Under the pieces are notes generated by a model, which had not been told where the DNA came from, did not search any database, and saw only the letters and a program-made list of their open reading frames with translations. A stretch of 64,000 nt of DNA, from NCBI RefSeq assembly GCF_032062105.1, contig NW_026933134.1, forward strand, positions 248,001 to 312,000. Reading direction: 5' to 3'. The DNA is from Saccostrea cucullata. Taxonomy: Eukaryota. This document shows positions 23,301-35,000 of the stretch, piece after piece (the stretch's first letter is position 1; each line of letters starts with the position of its first letter). The position numbers and the translations under genes are program-made.

Positions 23301-26300
23301 AAACATTTCCTCGACAAAACTATGTTTTATGCTAACTTTGACAATTTCAGGGGGGGTGCGCGCCGGGTGTGCCCCCCCTTAAATCCGCCACTGATTATAT
23401 CAATTTATAGATACATATACCTATTTACTGGCTATGAGGACAAAAGCAAGTTTATTGTCCCCCAAGACAGCAACAATTTCTCAAGGTGCGTCCAAGTTGC
23501 TGTTGAGGGGGACAACAAACTTGCTTATATTGGAATAGACAGGTAAAACTCAATCAGGCTCTTGTGACTTGACAATAATAAATATACATGTAACTGATGT
23601 AGGGGATGTGTACGTTAAACTTCTTACCTGCTGATAGCTTTGTATTTACATCCCACACTCTTCCATGTTTTTTCCCCGATTTTACATGGTTAATATGATT
23701 ACACTTTGTATTGCTGCAACAGACCTGAAATGTTAATGTAAAATCAATGAATCCCTAATTACAGGTCACTGTTCTAAATTCATTCACCATTAATGAAATC
23801 AAATGCTTGGGAAAAAAGAATTTAAATATGCATTACTTCAAATTACTTCAAAGAAAAAAATGTAACATCTTTCAAAACTAAAAATATGGATATATGGAAT
23901 ACTGCCTGTTTTATATGGAGAAAAATTCAAGGAAAAACCTTTCAAGGTTGTTTTTATACAAACTGTGCAAAAATTGGTGAGTTCATACCTTTAACAAAGA
24001 AGCTAAACCATATGTCAACACAGAAATAGTGTGTGAAAGTTGCAATGGTAAGCCACATTTACAACATCCCCGCAAGCCCTCAGCTAACACTCCAAGTTCT
24101 ACTACTCTCCTCCCCTCCTTCCAATCCTCAGATGTAGTCACTTCTTCCCCATCCACCACCTCCTCTCTTTCCAGTATATTCAAATTTGGCAATTCTATGA
24201 ATAATGAATAAAAATTATCACCATTACACATTCTTTATTATCTACTGTAACACATCCTGACTAGTTGACTGTTTAGATACACTTACTAAATTCCAAGAAC
24301 CAGTTTTCAAAATAATTCATAGTGCCGATATACAACATATTTTTCCATATACCGATATTTCTCAAGATATTCTGAAATCAATCTAAAATATGATCTACTT
24401 TCTTTTACTCGACATTTGCTTGGGCCCCTGGTCATTCACATGTAAACAGACGGTGTATGAGGTGCAGCGAAGAGTTGCATAGCATTTGCAAGATCTTTCA
24501 ACATTTTAAAGTTGATTTCTTACTCCAGATTGTAAGGTTAAGTAGTCTGTATTAATAAGTTAAAATCTGCATCAACAACTACACCGCCATTTTGATTATG
24601 AATGTAAAAGAAGCTATATGGTTGAACAATTTTTTCCCGTAATGCATTATCATGATTATATACATTTCTATTTTCAAAACAATTAGACCGCTAACATTTT
24701 GTTTGTGACTTAGTAAGATCATATGATCCAATTAAAGAAAAATCATGTAAATCTCAAATTCAAATGAGCAAATATTCATTGAGTTTAGAATAGACTTTGG
24801 AGAAAATTTGTCCTGTCGTTCCCGTGTAACAATTAGTGTTGGGCCCATTGGCAAGCTGATGTCAATTAAAAAAATTTAGGTCAATTTCGGAATTGATTTC
24901 ATAATATCTTAAGAAGTATAAGGAATTACGGAATGAAATTTGAAGGAATGAAGATTGTTTATATATGGATAGATATGGGTAAAAAGTAAATTTGTAAAGC
25001 ATTCAATTTAAAAGAATTTTATTGGTGAAAGTAGGTACCCTATGAAAAGAGTTCCATACCTTTATTTTTTTTTTAACACCTCAATTTTTTTTCTAAGTGA
25101 TCTAAAGGCCTGTGGGTCAAATGAGTATATCTTTCATCACGTGCAGTGTATTAAAATAAAATACAGTAATTATCTTTGATTAGTATTGTCATGTAAGGTA
25201 AGACATCTGATTCAGCAAATGTAATTTTTTTTTTGTAACAGCTAGGCCTAGTATATATATATTTTATTGAAATCCACATATAACATCATGTATAGTTAAA
25301 TTTATTATTATCAAGTATGATTCAAATTTCCATGTTGCACTTTGATTACAATAGGCCATGTGGTTTTCAATAAAATACCCCCCCCCCCCCAAAAAAAATT
25401 ATATTTTTAAAACTTTGTTGTCAATCAGCATGATCAGATGAAAACTTGTTTTTATCAAAATATATCTTTGAAAATTCAATTATATACTTGATAAAAACAA
25501 GTTTTCAATGTCTTAGTTATGTCATGTTGTTTTTCAATGAAATATTGAGAAAAATTCAATATCTTCTCTTTTGGTGCACATCTTTAACTATTATAATTTT
25601 TTTTTAAATAGCTACACGTAGTCATAGTTCAAAAAGTCTTTAGATTAGACCTGGTATATAAAATGAACATCAACAAATTCATGTACCTCCCTTTAATATT
25701 TCTAATATTTTTAATAGACCTATGTGTAATCATGGTAATTTAGATGCAGATATGAAAACGAGTCTTTTAGATTACGTATTTTACATGTACAAACCGTGAT
25801 CGTGATCAACGCTGACAGGGGTTGCACTGGCGGAGTAATTGTGGTCTGTAAGGATAGCTCCCCTAATCCATCGAGTCAATTGCCCTGCAGATACTTTATC
25901 ATATCTCTCCTTCTGCTTTTTCGAGACGAACCCATGGCGTCTGTACTTTGGTTTCACCATCTCAACCAAAGTTACCGCGCAGACCTTGACTTCTCGTCTG
26001 CTTTTTGTTTACATTATCGTAATCCGGTTCACATCCGCGAAATGTAAAATGCTTATTATATGTTTGTTTTCTGGCATAAAAAATCGTTATTATGTTACTT
26101 TCTATGGATGATGATTATAATTATTTGTAGAAACTATTAATTCTCTGCCGTATTGAATTCTTTATTATAACGACATTCAGACCAATTTCCGGCAGTTCGA
26201 GTTGCGCGGTGAATTCAATTTCGTCAGAAGCGAAACACCTTAAATTATTTTGAACTTGAAACAGTGTATTCTTGAATGTTTTTAAATGTATTTTTAAGAA

Positions 26301-29300
26301 AATAATTTGTTGCAGTATTTAATCAATTGATTGTTGAAAATTTTTAATGAAAAAGTAAACGCATGGACAGTCTTCTCCAAATCTCTTTTTCAGTACATGC
26401 CCTTTGGGCACCTGTAACTAATTTCACTAGCCCGTACAAATAGAAATGCCTAGAATTTTACCAAGATTTTTTTTTTTTTTTTGCCTTTTTATGCCAAGGA
26501 AATGATCCGAAATCCATTTCTATCAATCTATTGTCTTGCCCTTAACATTTTTTTCAATCTGTACATTTTTTGTGGCTCCTTGCAAAAGTTCCTTTTGAAT
26601 TGAGGTAGAATAAACTGTCGCTAAAATTTTCTTTTGCCCTTCTTTTAAAATGAAAAATCAGATACTTTAAAGTATATTTAATGTTATTAGTATTCTTAAA
26701 CTTGATTCTGCCACAGAATTTACATGCTCTTTGGGCTTGTAAGTGTGCAATTTTCACATGCCCACTTTCAACTTTACCAGTTCAAGGCTTTGGACTCCCA
26801 GGATTTGGTCAAGTCTGCATGGATTAAATAAATGTTTTAATGGTAATCATGCTAATAGATATCATAACTTTCATGAACAGAATGTCAATATTTTGATTTA
26901 CACATTCCATGATTTTTTTTTTCTTTAGCCATCTGCACTATATATGTACGGTACAAGCTTGTTCAAAGCATGGTTCAACTTGGAGATGCCTCCATTATGA
27001 GCTACAATAAACACACCATTGTATGGGGATCATTGGCTGTTCTAGGACTAAGTTTGGTAGCAAATTTCCAGGTACGGATTAATTTTAATTTTGAATTATT
27101 TTTGATAAATATTGGACTTTTTCCCACCTACCATTTTTCTTGGCTTCAGTGTTAAAAAAAAAAAGATAAAGGGGCTGAGGGGCCATCACATTGTAAACTC
27201 AAAAACTTAATATGTTTATTTTCCATATACTGATTTTATTAATTCTGAATCCACTAATAAAGATACAGATTTCTTGACTTTGTTTTACAATTTGCATAAA
27301 AAAATATACTTTCAGAAATTTAGGAAAACAATGTGTTTAACTTAAGATATAATTTTTGTATTATTTCAGGAAACCTCAGTGGAGGTTGTTCATGTTATAG
27401 GAGCGACATTTGTGTTAGGTTTTGGAGTGGTTTATGAGTTTCTCCAAACATCAATATCATATAAAATGTATCCAGTCTGCAACGGTCTACGTATCTGTAG
27501 AATTCGCCTTGTGATTAGCATAATATCACTCATCGGTTTCATAATGAGTAAGACATTTTTATTTTCTATAATTCAAATTTTATTTATAACGAAATGCAAG
27601 CTTCCTTATGGGGTTTTAATATGATTCAAATCATGTCACAAGGAATCAAGAACATTTTAAAAGTATCTAAAAGAAGTCGGTTCACTTTATGCATAAAATG
27701 GCCCTGTAGATACACCAATTAATTGATCAACACTTGATTTTCTATTTGAAGCATTAAAATAAAATAGACACTTGGTGCTTTCATATCCTATTAAAAATAT
27801 TCCCCTAAAAGTCCAAGTCTTGGAGAACTGGCTTTTTGAAATTGCAATATTCTTGAATTTTTAGGTAAACAGGTATAATTGAGTACTTTCAGTGAAGAAA
27901 AATTATATGAGCGCACTCTCTGATCTAAAAAATGAAACTTGTGACGTCATAATGCATTGACTAGCCAGAAAATGACGTCATTTTTGATAGATACGCAGTC
28001 ACCAAAGATCTAAGTGATATTTAATGCATTGTTAACTAAAACTTTGCAGTTTCAGTTTTTCAGAAATTCACAGGGCCAAATAAGGCAAAAGTGAACCTTG
28101 TTCTTTGCACATGCTTACATTTATAAATTTCTACAGTTCATAGTCCATTCTATCTTGACCTCACTATTGTTATTTTTATGAAGTATACAGGAACTAATAT
28201 CTTTAACTTTACAATGTATATAGGGAGTTTCTATTTTAAACATATATGTTTAAACATTTATGTGGAATGCACATAACTCTCAACATGGCCCATTGTGAGG
28301 GGGAAATTTTTTTTGACTGTGTCCTAACAACTCCATGGTTCGGATCTTGGTCCACATGAATATCATAATCTATATCTTTGAGTCAACATTGTTACATTTT
28401 TGTAAAGGGTATAGGCAAACCTAATACCGCAGACAGTCAGAGAGGCAAACAAAATATTAAAGGAACCCATATTTTTTTTTTGTTCTCAGATACAATGAAA
28501 CCTCATTATCTTGAGCTTAAAAAACTTACAGATATCCAAGGATTCAAGATATCCAGTGTAAAATGTTTTTTAAAAGAATAATGGGTTGGGACTTCCAAAT
28601 CACTTTGACATAGCCATGGTATTCAAGATATCAGTGTTTAAGATATCAAAGTTCAACTGCATATCTTGTATTTTTCCATATATCAGGGGCCTGAGTCTAC
28701 TTCGGCCCTAGACAGACTTCATTTACATTCATTCTGGGAAATTACTTGTTTTTTTTTTTTACCTTACCTAATGACCAATCACATCACTATAGGTGGGCTC
28801 AGTTTCTACTTATAAAATCCTGTGTTTGTTTGTCATCCCCTTGCAATGGAGATGGAGGGGATACAGTAACCCAGATCTGTATAAGTTTGTGAGTGGGTGA
28901 GTTACATGTAGTGCTGAACGAAACAGAAGTGAGGTAATTTGCATTGGTATCAATGATTTCTACTCTTTGTGACAGGATGCTCCGCTTTGCACTACCCTTT
29001 TTGTTGGTATGTTTGTTTTATGCCGGTTGATGGCAGCAAATTTATAACTATTTACAGCCTAAGAGGTATTTTCTATGCAGATCCAACTGTAACACAGGAC
29101 CTCTGTTTATATGGTCTCATCCGAAGGGTGGATTTCCATGTCCCACAAAAGGAGTCAAATCCGTGGCATAAGGATCATGACCTTGCTCTGCAATTGTTTA
29201 ACAAATGCGCTAAACACTGCGTTAAAAGACTCCTATAAGATATATGACTCCCTTAAAAATGACCTGGAGTGAAAGGTCAGGTGAAGACCTTTGATGTTTG

Positions 29301-32055
29301 ACCTTGAGTCAAGGTCATGAGATACCTTCAGGTCATGGAACAACAAAAAAAGCGAGAATCTATTCCATATTTCAAGCGTTTCAGTAAAGACACGTTGTAG
29401 ACTTACAGAAAATAAACAACTTTCCAAACCTGATACGCTTTTCATTGGGGAAGACGTATTTTTTCCTCAAGTTCGTGTGCCCTTTGCTAAGGAAGGGAAA
29501 ATTTTCACTGCATAAACACCATCAAATATAAGCATTAATACCAGTTTATATTGTATGAGAAAAAAAAATAGAAAATAAGTCTAAAGAAATAATTATTATT
29601 AGAAGTTCGGATAATATTACACGCTCTAATTCTGCTGAAAGGGAAGAACTCACTATGCATCTGGTTCCGCATAATGATATATGAGCACTTTACACAAAAA
29701 CCAAAAAATGAAAGGTAAAAGTGCATCTCACCCTAATTACGACAGAGTGGCTACAGAGAGAGAAATGTCCTCCAGCGTGGATCACTGTCGGCGAGATATA
29801 TCTCATTTTCTGTTTCTGTGGGAAATTCCTTTTATCGTTGTATAGTTTGCCTCTGTTTGACAAGTCTACATAATAATTGCACAGAAAATGATTTAAATAT
29901 ATCTAGTACTTCTATTTATGTCACAAATCAAGACTACTACCTTTATTTTTATGGAACTGAAAGGGAAAACCAGAGACCTAAAGGACAAGATAGGCTAAGG
30001 CCCCTTTTTGGCCACTTGTTTGGTTGTCATTTATAAGGATGCAACAGTTTTACTTTATCAACTGAAAACCACTTGTCACACTGTCACAATCTAATTAAAA
30101 TTAGATGTTAGATCCGCTGAATACTCGCAACACTAACATGCATAATAAATGCTTTTAAAATGTTCAGCAGACCTCTTGAAGACAATTAATTTTTATTTGA
30201 AACAACTTATGAAATAAAAAAAAATACCTTTACATGTTCTTTTCTTACTTATGTTTTTTTTTTCCGCGGAATCTCAATTTCTGTTCAATTCGCTGGTAGA
30301 AAATAACGCGGATATCTTAAGACTCTCCTTATATGCCTTATATTTATATTAAGTTCAATGGAACAAATTTCCGCGCAAAATTTATGACCGCGTACATAGC
30401 GTAAATTAATACCAAGGGGAAACAAGATGTGTTTGTGAAACTCAATGCGCCCGGCGGCAACAGAGTTAAAAAAAACACATTTATAGCATATAGGTCAAGT
30501 CAAGGTCACAAGGTTATTGATCTTGATGTCATTTGAAAGAACTTGATTAGTGAAGTCTGCATACCAAACATGAAGTCTCCATCTCTCATGGTTCAAGAGT
30601 TATTATGAAGGTTCAAAAAAGCTATTTTTAGCACAAAGGACACAGTCAAGGTCACAAGGTCATTGACCTTGATGTCATGTGAAAAGGCCTAATTAGTGAA
30701 GTATGCCTGCCAAATATTAAGTCTCTATCTTTCTTCGTTCAAAAGTTATGGCAAAGGTCAAAGTTTTCCAACAAAAAAGCTATCTCTATTGTATAGGTCA
30801 CAGTCAAGGTCACAAGGTTATTGATCATTTTTAAAGAGCTTAATCAGTGGTGTATGCATACCAAATATGAAGTCTCTATCTTTCATGATTCAATAGTTAT
30901 GGCGAAGGTTAAAGTTTGCAGAAAAAAAATATTTTTAGCATATAGGCCACAGTTAAGGCCACAAGATCATTGACCTTGGTGTCATTTGAAAGAGCTTAAT
31001 TAGTGGAATAGGCATATCAAATATGAAGTCTCTATCATTCATGGTTCAAAAGTTATGACGAAGGTTAAAGTTTGCAGACAAACAGATAAACAGACAGACA
31101 GACAGGACAAAAATAATATACGCCTCGGATCTTTCGATCCGAGCGCATAAAAACTATACTTCTACAGTATTAGTAATATAATTCTAAAGTATATCCAAAT
31201 TGTAAACCCATGTTCTTTAGAAAAATACGTTTGTACTTTATGAGGATACACCCCTTTTCTCGTTTCAGGCTTAGTCTTTGCTGCTATTTCCAGGTACCAA
31301 GGTCATCCCAAGGACAGGCTTCATTGGAAACCCTCGGACGGTGTAAGTTTAAGTCGTTTAAATTCTAATGACATAAAATAACGAAGCAACATAAAACATA
31401 GCTGCAGGACTGTGGCGTTATGGTTTTATATATTTTGTTATGGTCAAAAACAAAAATATATAATACATGTACCATAACGCTACAGTCCTGCAGCTGTACA
31501 TTAAACAAGAATTTTGATGCAAATTGCGTCACTTCCGTTGCGCACAGAAGGACACACCCCTCACACACACTATATCCCCTCCATCTCATTTGCAAGGGAC
31601 TAAAAAGCATGGTACATTGTCCAAATTTTCTCTGTTTGATTTTAATCAACTTTTACGTTGTGATCAGGGTTTACTAAAGATAAAGTTTCTTTGAAATTCA
31701 GAAAACATTATGAGATTTCCTATATAAAACTAAAATTAAAGTCTTTCAACTCAATGCACAACGTTTCTTTTTCACTATCCGAAACCAGTAAGGCAGTTGA
31801 GCTACAATCTTAACAGAGACTCACGAGAGCCGTTTGCATTAGTCAAGCATACATGTTCTTTTCCAGGGATATACCACTCATATAATAAGTTCAGTATCCG
31901 AATGGATCACGGCTATTGCTTTCCTCTTTTTCTTCACTACGTACGTCAAGGATTTCAGCAAGATGAAGTTAGATGTCGTGGCCCGGGTACGGGTTCAACA
32001 CCTCGATGAACCCGTGTACGACGACTTAAGCGAGGACTCCCGACTTATTACATAG
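11253..32055 (+). CDS. DRAM: DRAM (DNA damage-regulated autophagy modulator; Frag1/DRAM/Sfk1 family), 258 aa, 6 exons
   Basis: Exons 11253-11377, 11494-11561, 26929-27071, 27370-27547, 31269-31342, 31867-32055. All introns are GT-AG and phases are consistent (777 nt total). Translation MVCQGLAFLPLITV...PYISDTGTRIPESCVFGQLLNI...CTIYVRYK...LGLSLVANFQETSVEVVHVIGA...LHWKPSDGGYTTHIISSVSEW...FFFTTYVKDF matches DRAM1/2 motifs (PYISDTG, IYVRY, VANFQ, HW.P...GY..H..S...EW). Confidence 0.93.
13539..14856 (+). mobile_element. DINE/HINE-like non-autonomous element nested in the 3' region of the transposon
   Basis: 5' TTATACCCC with hairpin, 3' GGGGTATT followed by hairpin GTGAGCACTGGCTCAC. Encloses the 112-bp array. 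Confidence 0.65.
13712..14719. repeat. Tandem array, 9 x 112 bp, near-identical units
   Basis: TTGGAATTGGTTTTAGACGAATCTGATGTC recurs at 13713, 13825, 13937, 14049, 14161, 14273, 14385, 14497, 14609. Confidence 0.97.
14933..25960 (-). CDS. Transposase (Mutator-like/Kolobok-type DDE with Zn motifs) fused to a DEDDh 3'-5' exonuclease and PML-C-like domain, 884 aa, 9 exons
   Basis: Exons (minus strand): 25960-25795, 24194-23989, 23724-23628, 21894-21714, 20690-20605, 19284-18491, 18323-18184, 16882-16695, 15729-14933. All are GT-AG, totalling 2655 nt in one open frame. Transposase motifs: GRRVVELG, CxxC..C..C, WDVNTK, AVDAGWQKRGSG..YDSLSGH, CRVC..HECSKNWEGSSKAME, IGDEDSTT, DKNH, H..GDH.HC...WC, GSTQSNESFH..V..KAPK. 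Exonuclease motifs: FDLETTGL (ExoI), GHNSKVFD (ExoII), FIDTL, AHDSLQD (ExoIII). Exon 1 is the least certain. Confidence 0.88.
15951..16107. mobile_element. Palindromic foldback MITE in transposase intron 8; decayed relative at about 21295-21432
   Basis: TAAGGAGTGAATTAAATGGCAACCCAAATTATACTG...CAGTATAATTTGGGTTGCTATTTAATTCATTCCTTA, with about 65-bp arms. Confidence 0.75.
17200..17902 (-). mobile_element. HINE/Helitron-like non-autonomous element with TACCTGAGGATG-type internal repeats; related fragments at about 12380-12813, 21600-21675 and 22400-22490
   Basis: Repeated acactacctgaggatg units. Terminal hairpin AGCTCACTTGAGC...GGTGAGCTAAAAA is shared with 12779-12813. Confidence 0.6.
20060..20507. 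mobile_element. MITE with about 30-bp TIRs; related element at about 61073-61313
   Basis: AAAAAAATATGTTTGTTTCCTGTAAC ... GTTACAGGAAACAAACATATTTTTTT, with internal CCGACC motifs. Confidence 0.75.
20965..21235. mobile_element. Foldback MITE; partial copy at about 30087-30141
   Basis: CAATCTAATTAAAATTA..GTTAGATC ... GATCTAACATCTAATTTTGATTAGACTG, long imperfect inverted arms. Confidence 0.65.
22535..23393. mobile_element. MITE (CAGGGGCGGAT...ATCCGCCACTG) with 5-bp TSD ATTAT, carrying a second nested MITE at 22568-23153
   Basis: TSD ATTAT at 22530-22534 and 23394-23398. Inner TIRs CAGGGTTCGACATTAAC / GTTAGTGTCGAACCCTG (16/17 match), flanked by ACGGG/GCGGG. Confidence 0.8.
27670..28106. mobile_element. 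Non-autonomous DNA element with imperfect TIRs of about 37 bp, in DRAM intron 4
   Basis: AAAGAAGTCGGTTCACTTTATGCATAAAATGGCCCTGT ... ACAGGGCCAAATAAGGCAAAAGTGAACCTTGTTCTTT. Confidence 0.55.
30421..31152 (-). mobile_element. HINE/Helitron-like element with about 4 units of about 150 bp (AAGGTCA-rich), in DRAM intron 4
   Basis: Reverse of the architecture at 8341-9833: AACAAG terminus, tandem GAAGTCTCTATC units, GACA microsatellite at 31077-31103, terminal hairpin CTCGGATC..GATCCGAG and GCATAAAAA. Confidence 0.75.
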
Positions 32056-35000
32056 AACGACTAGAACAGGGGTCGGATGAAGAGTATTAGATTTGCTTAC
32101 GCATATTCAAAGGATGTGAATCTACATGCGGCTTGTTTTTAAGATTTACATATTCTTGTCTGGACCTTTATAAGAATAATGCAGACATTTTTGTTTTATC
32201 ATCGATTTGTTTTATTTTGAATTTCATTTTTTTAAGGAATCTCACTTTAAACTGGTGGATTGTATTTAATACTTTTTAATGCTTGTAGAATTTTTATTAC
32301 TGATTAAAATGTATAGCACTTGAATTTATTTGACTGATTTGCCCTGTAAAGTTTTTTTTTCACAATTATCGATACAATTTTTTTCTCGTAACCAATGATG
32401 TTTTGATTATTGTCTGGCTTTTTGTCAGAGGCAACTTTTACTTACTTTGGACATTCATGTACATGTAGATCTGGTGGGGAAAATTTACACTATGTATTCC
32501 TTTTTTCCAACAACATATACTTTAATTTATATAAGCCATTAAATAAATGCATTGCATTGAAACAGCGCAAGCATTAGTATCATCATTTGACAAACAGTGT
32601 GAGCACAAGCCAAAACATGGTTGTAACAATGCATTGCTGTAAAAATATTTTTGTGTCTTTCATATTTTATTTTGAAATGGTTAATTAAAGGCATTACATG
32701 TAAACGGTATTAAAAATTATTTAATTAGTATTTTAATATACTTTATATGTGAAAAAAAAAATAAAAGGGGGAACCATTTTATAAAGGAAAATGGAAAGCT
32801 GAACAGAATGGAACGATGAAACCAATGCAAGTGTATAACTAAATGTCTAAGTATATTTGGTACTGTTTTCTGAATTATTTTGTTCCCTTTTTTATTGGTT
32901 CAAATGCACGTATGTGCGCGATTTATTTTGTTTTCATTACTTTATATATCGAAAAGTGAAAATAAAACTGGTTTTATCCCAATATGTGTTCATTGCTGTG
33001 AATTTTTTAATACAATTTTACATGTATTCTATAAAGTTGTGGTACATTTATCTGAATATTAGTGAAAATTTTTCGCCAAAAAAAATCTGAAAAAATAAAC
33101 AAACAAACGTAAATACCCCTTTTCTACATTTATTAAAAACTTATATCATTCAATCATTTCAAATCCAAAGAATTTTTGTGCGGTATAGATCACATCATGA
33201 ATTTACAATATTAAGGGTTTGATAATTAAATTCATTTCATGGTAGATAGTTTTTATATGACATATTTTCTCTCCGAGTTATTTCCCTTGGCCGCCATCTT
33301 AGGTGGTCAACCTTGTAATTTTTTCTCTAACCAGGGTGTAGCGGAAATATTTTGGGATAAATCTTTATGAAAAAAAAAATATAATAGGACCTAACATTTT
33401 TCAGAAAAAAATGCTTCATACCACCACAAATAACAGTATAAAAAGTTAAAGTTGTTTGAATAATGGAATATGAGCATGTTGACTCCTGATATGGCGGCCA
33501 ACAAGAAATTTACAAAAAATTGAATCTAATATCCAACATATAAAGCGCAACAATAAATCTATATTTTGTTAGAAATGCATACACAAAAAATAAATATTTT
33601 GAAGAATCTCTATTATTTTGGACGTCCGAAGTTAAAATGAATATAGGGATTATGTATCTTTTTTTTTCTTTTAAAGGAACTTACGTGAAGTACAAAACTT
33701 TTTACATTCTGCGTAATACACCATGAAATATAATTTTACTTGCGTAATAATAAGGAACTATGGCAGAAGAAGACACATTGTTTATCTCCCTTAGTTAGGT
33801 CTCAAATACATTTCGACTAGTGGACTTTTTCGAGAAGCTCTGACTTTTTACGGTTTACGAATTACTCTTAGATGATCTACAGGTTTAAATAATATCCAAG
33901 TAAACAGTCAACTGTAAAAGTCAGTGCTTCTCGTAAAAGTCAAGTTTTAACTTTGTGGATAAGATTTTGGGTTCACTTTAATAAGCAGCAAACTTTGACT
34001 TATTCAGCATCACACGATATTGTTGGGTTTTTTTCTTTGTAAGTTGTGAATTAGTTTAAGAGAACCAGTAATTTGAAGAAAAAAATGTTACCAATCCTTG
34101 CAATTTTTAGAAATCGAATCTGCAAAAATCAAATTGTAACGCAGTTTATTTTTACCCTTTTTCAGCAGAACTGTAGTGCTGAATTTTGCGATTGAGGCAA
34201 TTACATAATTATCAAAAAATCTATGTGTCAAGTATTTTCTTTATCTATTTAAATATACTTTTGGATATCAGAAATTGAAGTTAAATAATATATATTCGTT
34301 TCAATTATTTTGCTGTCAATGTCCGAATTTATAAATTTATTTACATCATGGTAACGTTTGTCCCGAGTCTCTGAACTCTATAAATTTCGTAAATAATTCG
34401 GTCATCTCATAAAAAGAAATAAAAGGAATTATGATATATTCCTCAAAGTTTATAACCATCTAAATCCCATTAGAATGTCTGCATGTATATATATAAAACA
34501 CATTCCTGAATCTAAAACCCATAAAATGCAACATGTTAGAAAATGTGTTATTCTGTGATCTTTTCATTTATCGATTCGCTCAAGTACGGAAAACCCAGCA
34601 AAGAGCACTCACACCTTGCGTTATAATCGCTCCACATTAGAAGTTAGTTCAGAGAATTAATGTTCATTTACAATTATTAAAAAAGAAAGTTGATATGATG
34701 TGGCGGTATTATTGCGTTTCATAAGCGAATCCGATGTAATGTGCACATAACATGTTCGTCAGATTATGCAGTACCCTTTCACGCCGCGCGCGCTCTGCAA
34801 GAGCCAGTCAAAATTACTCCGCTGCGACGCAGGAGAGTTTTGATAAAAATGAAAATGCATATTAGATGTTGATTAAATTCAATTACTTTCTCAGCTGGGT
34901 TTCTGAGTATAAGATTTGATACGGAATAGCTAGACCGTGTTTACTCCTTGCGTTAGGCCATGTGGTTTGTCGTCTCTAGCACTTTTGTTATTTTCTTTCT

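Larger units (their letters stand above)
11610..26239 (-). mobile_element. Complete autonomous DNA transposon, Kolobok-like (TTAA TSD, GG..CC termini), 14,630 bp, inside DRAM intron 2
   Basis: Left TIR GGTGTTTGGCTTCTGAC at 11610-11626 is preceded by TTAA (11606-11609). Right TIR GTCAGAAGCGAAACACC at 26223-26239 is followed by TTAA (26240-26243). The TIRs match at 16/17 positions and enclose an intact DDE transposase gene. Confidence 0.88.
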
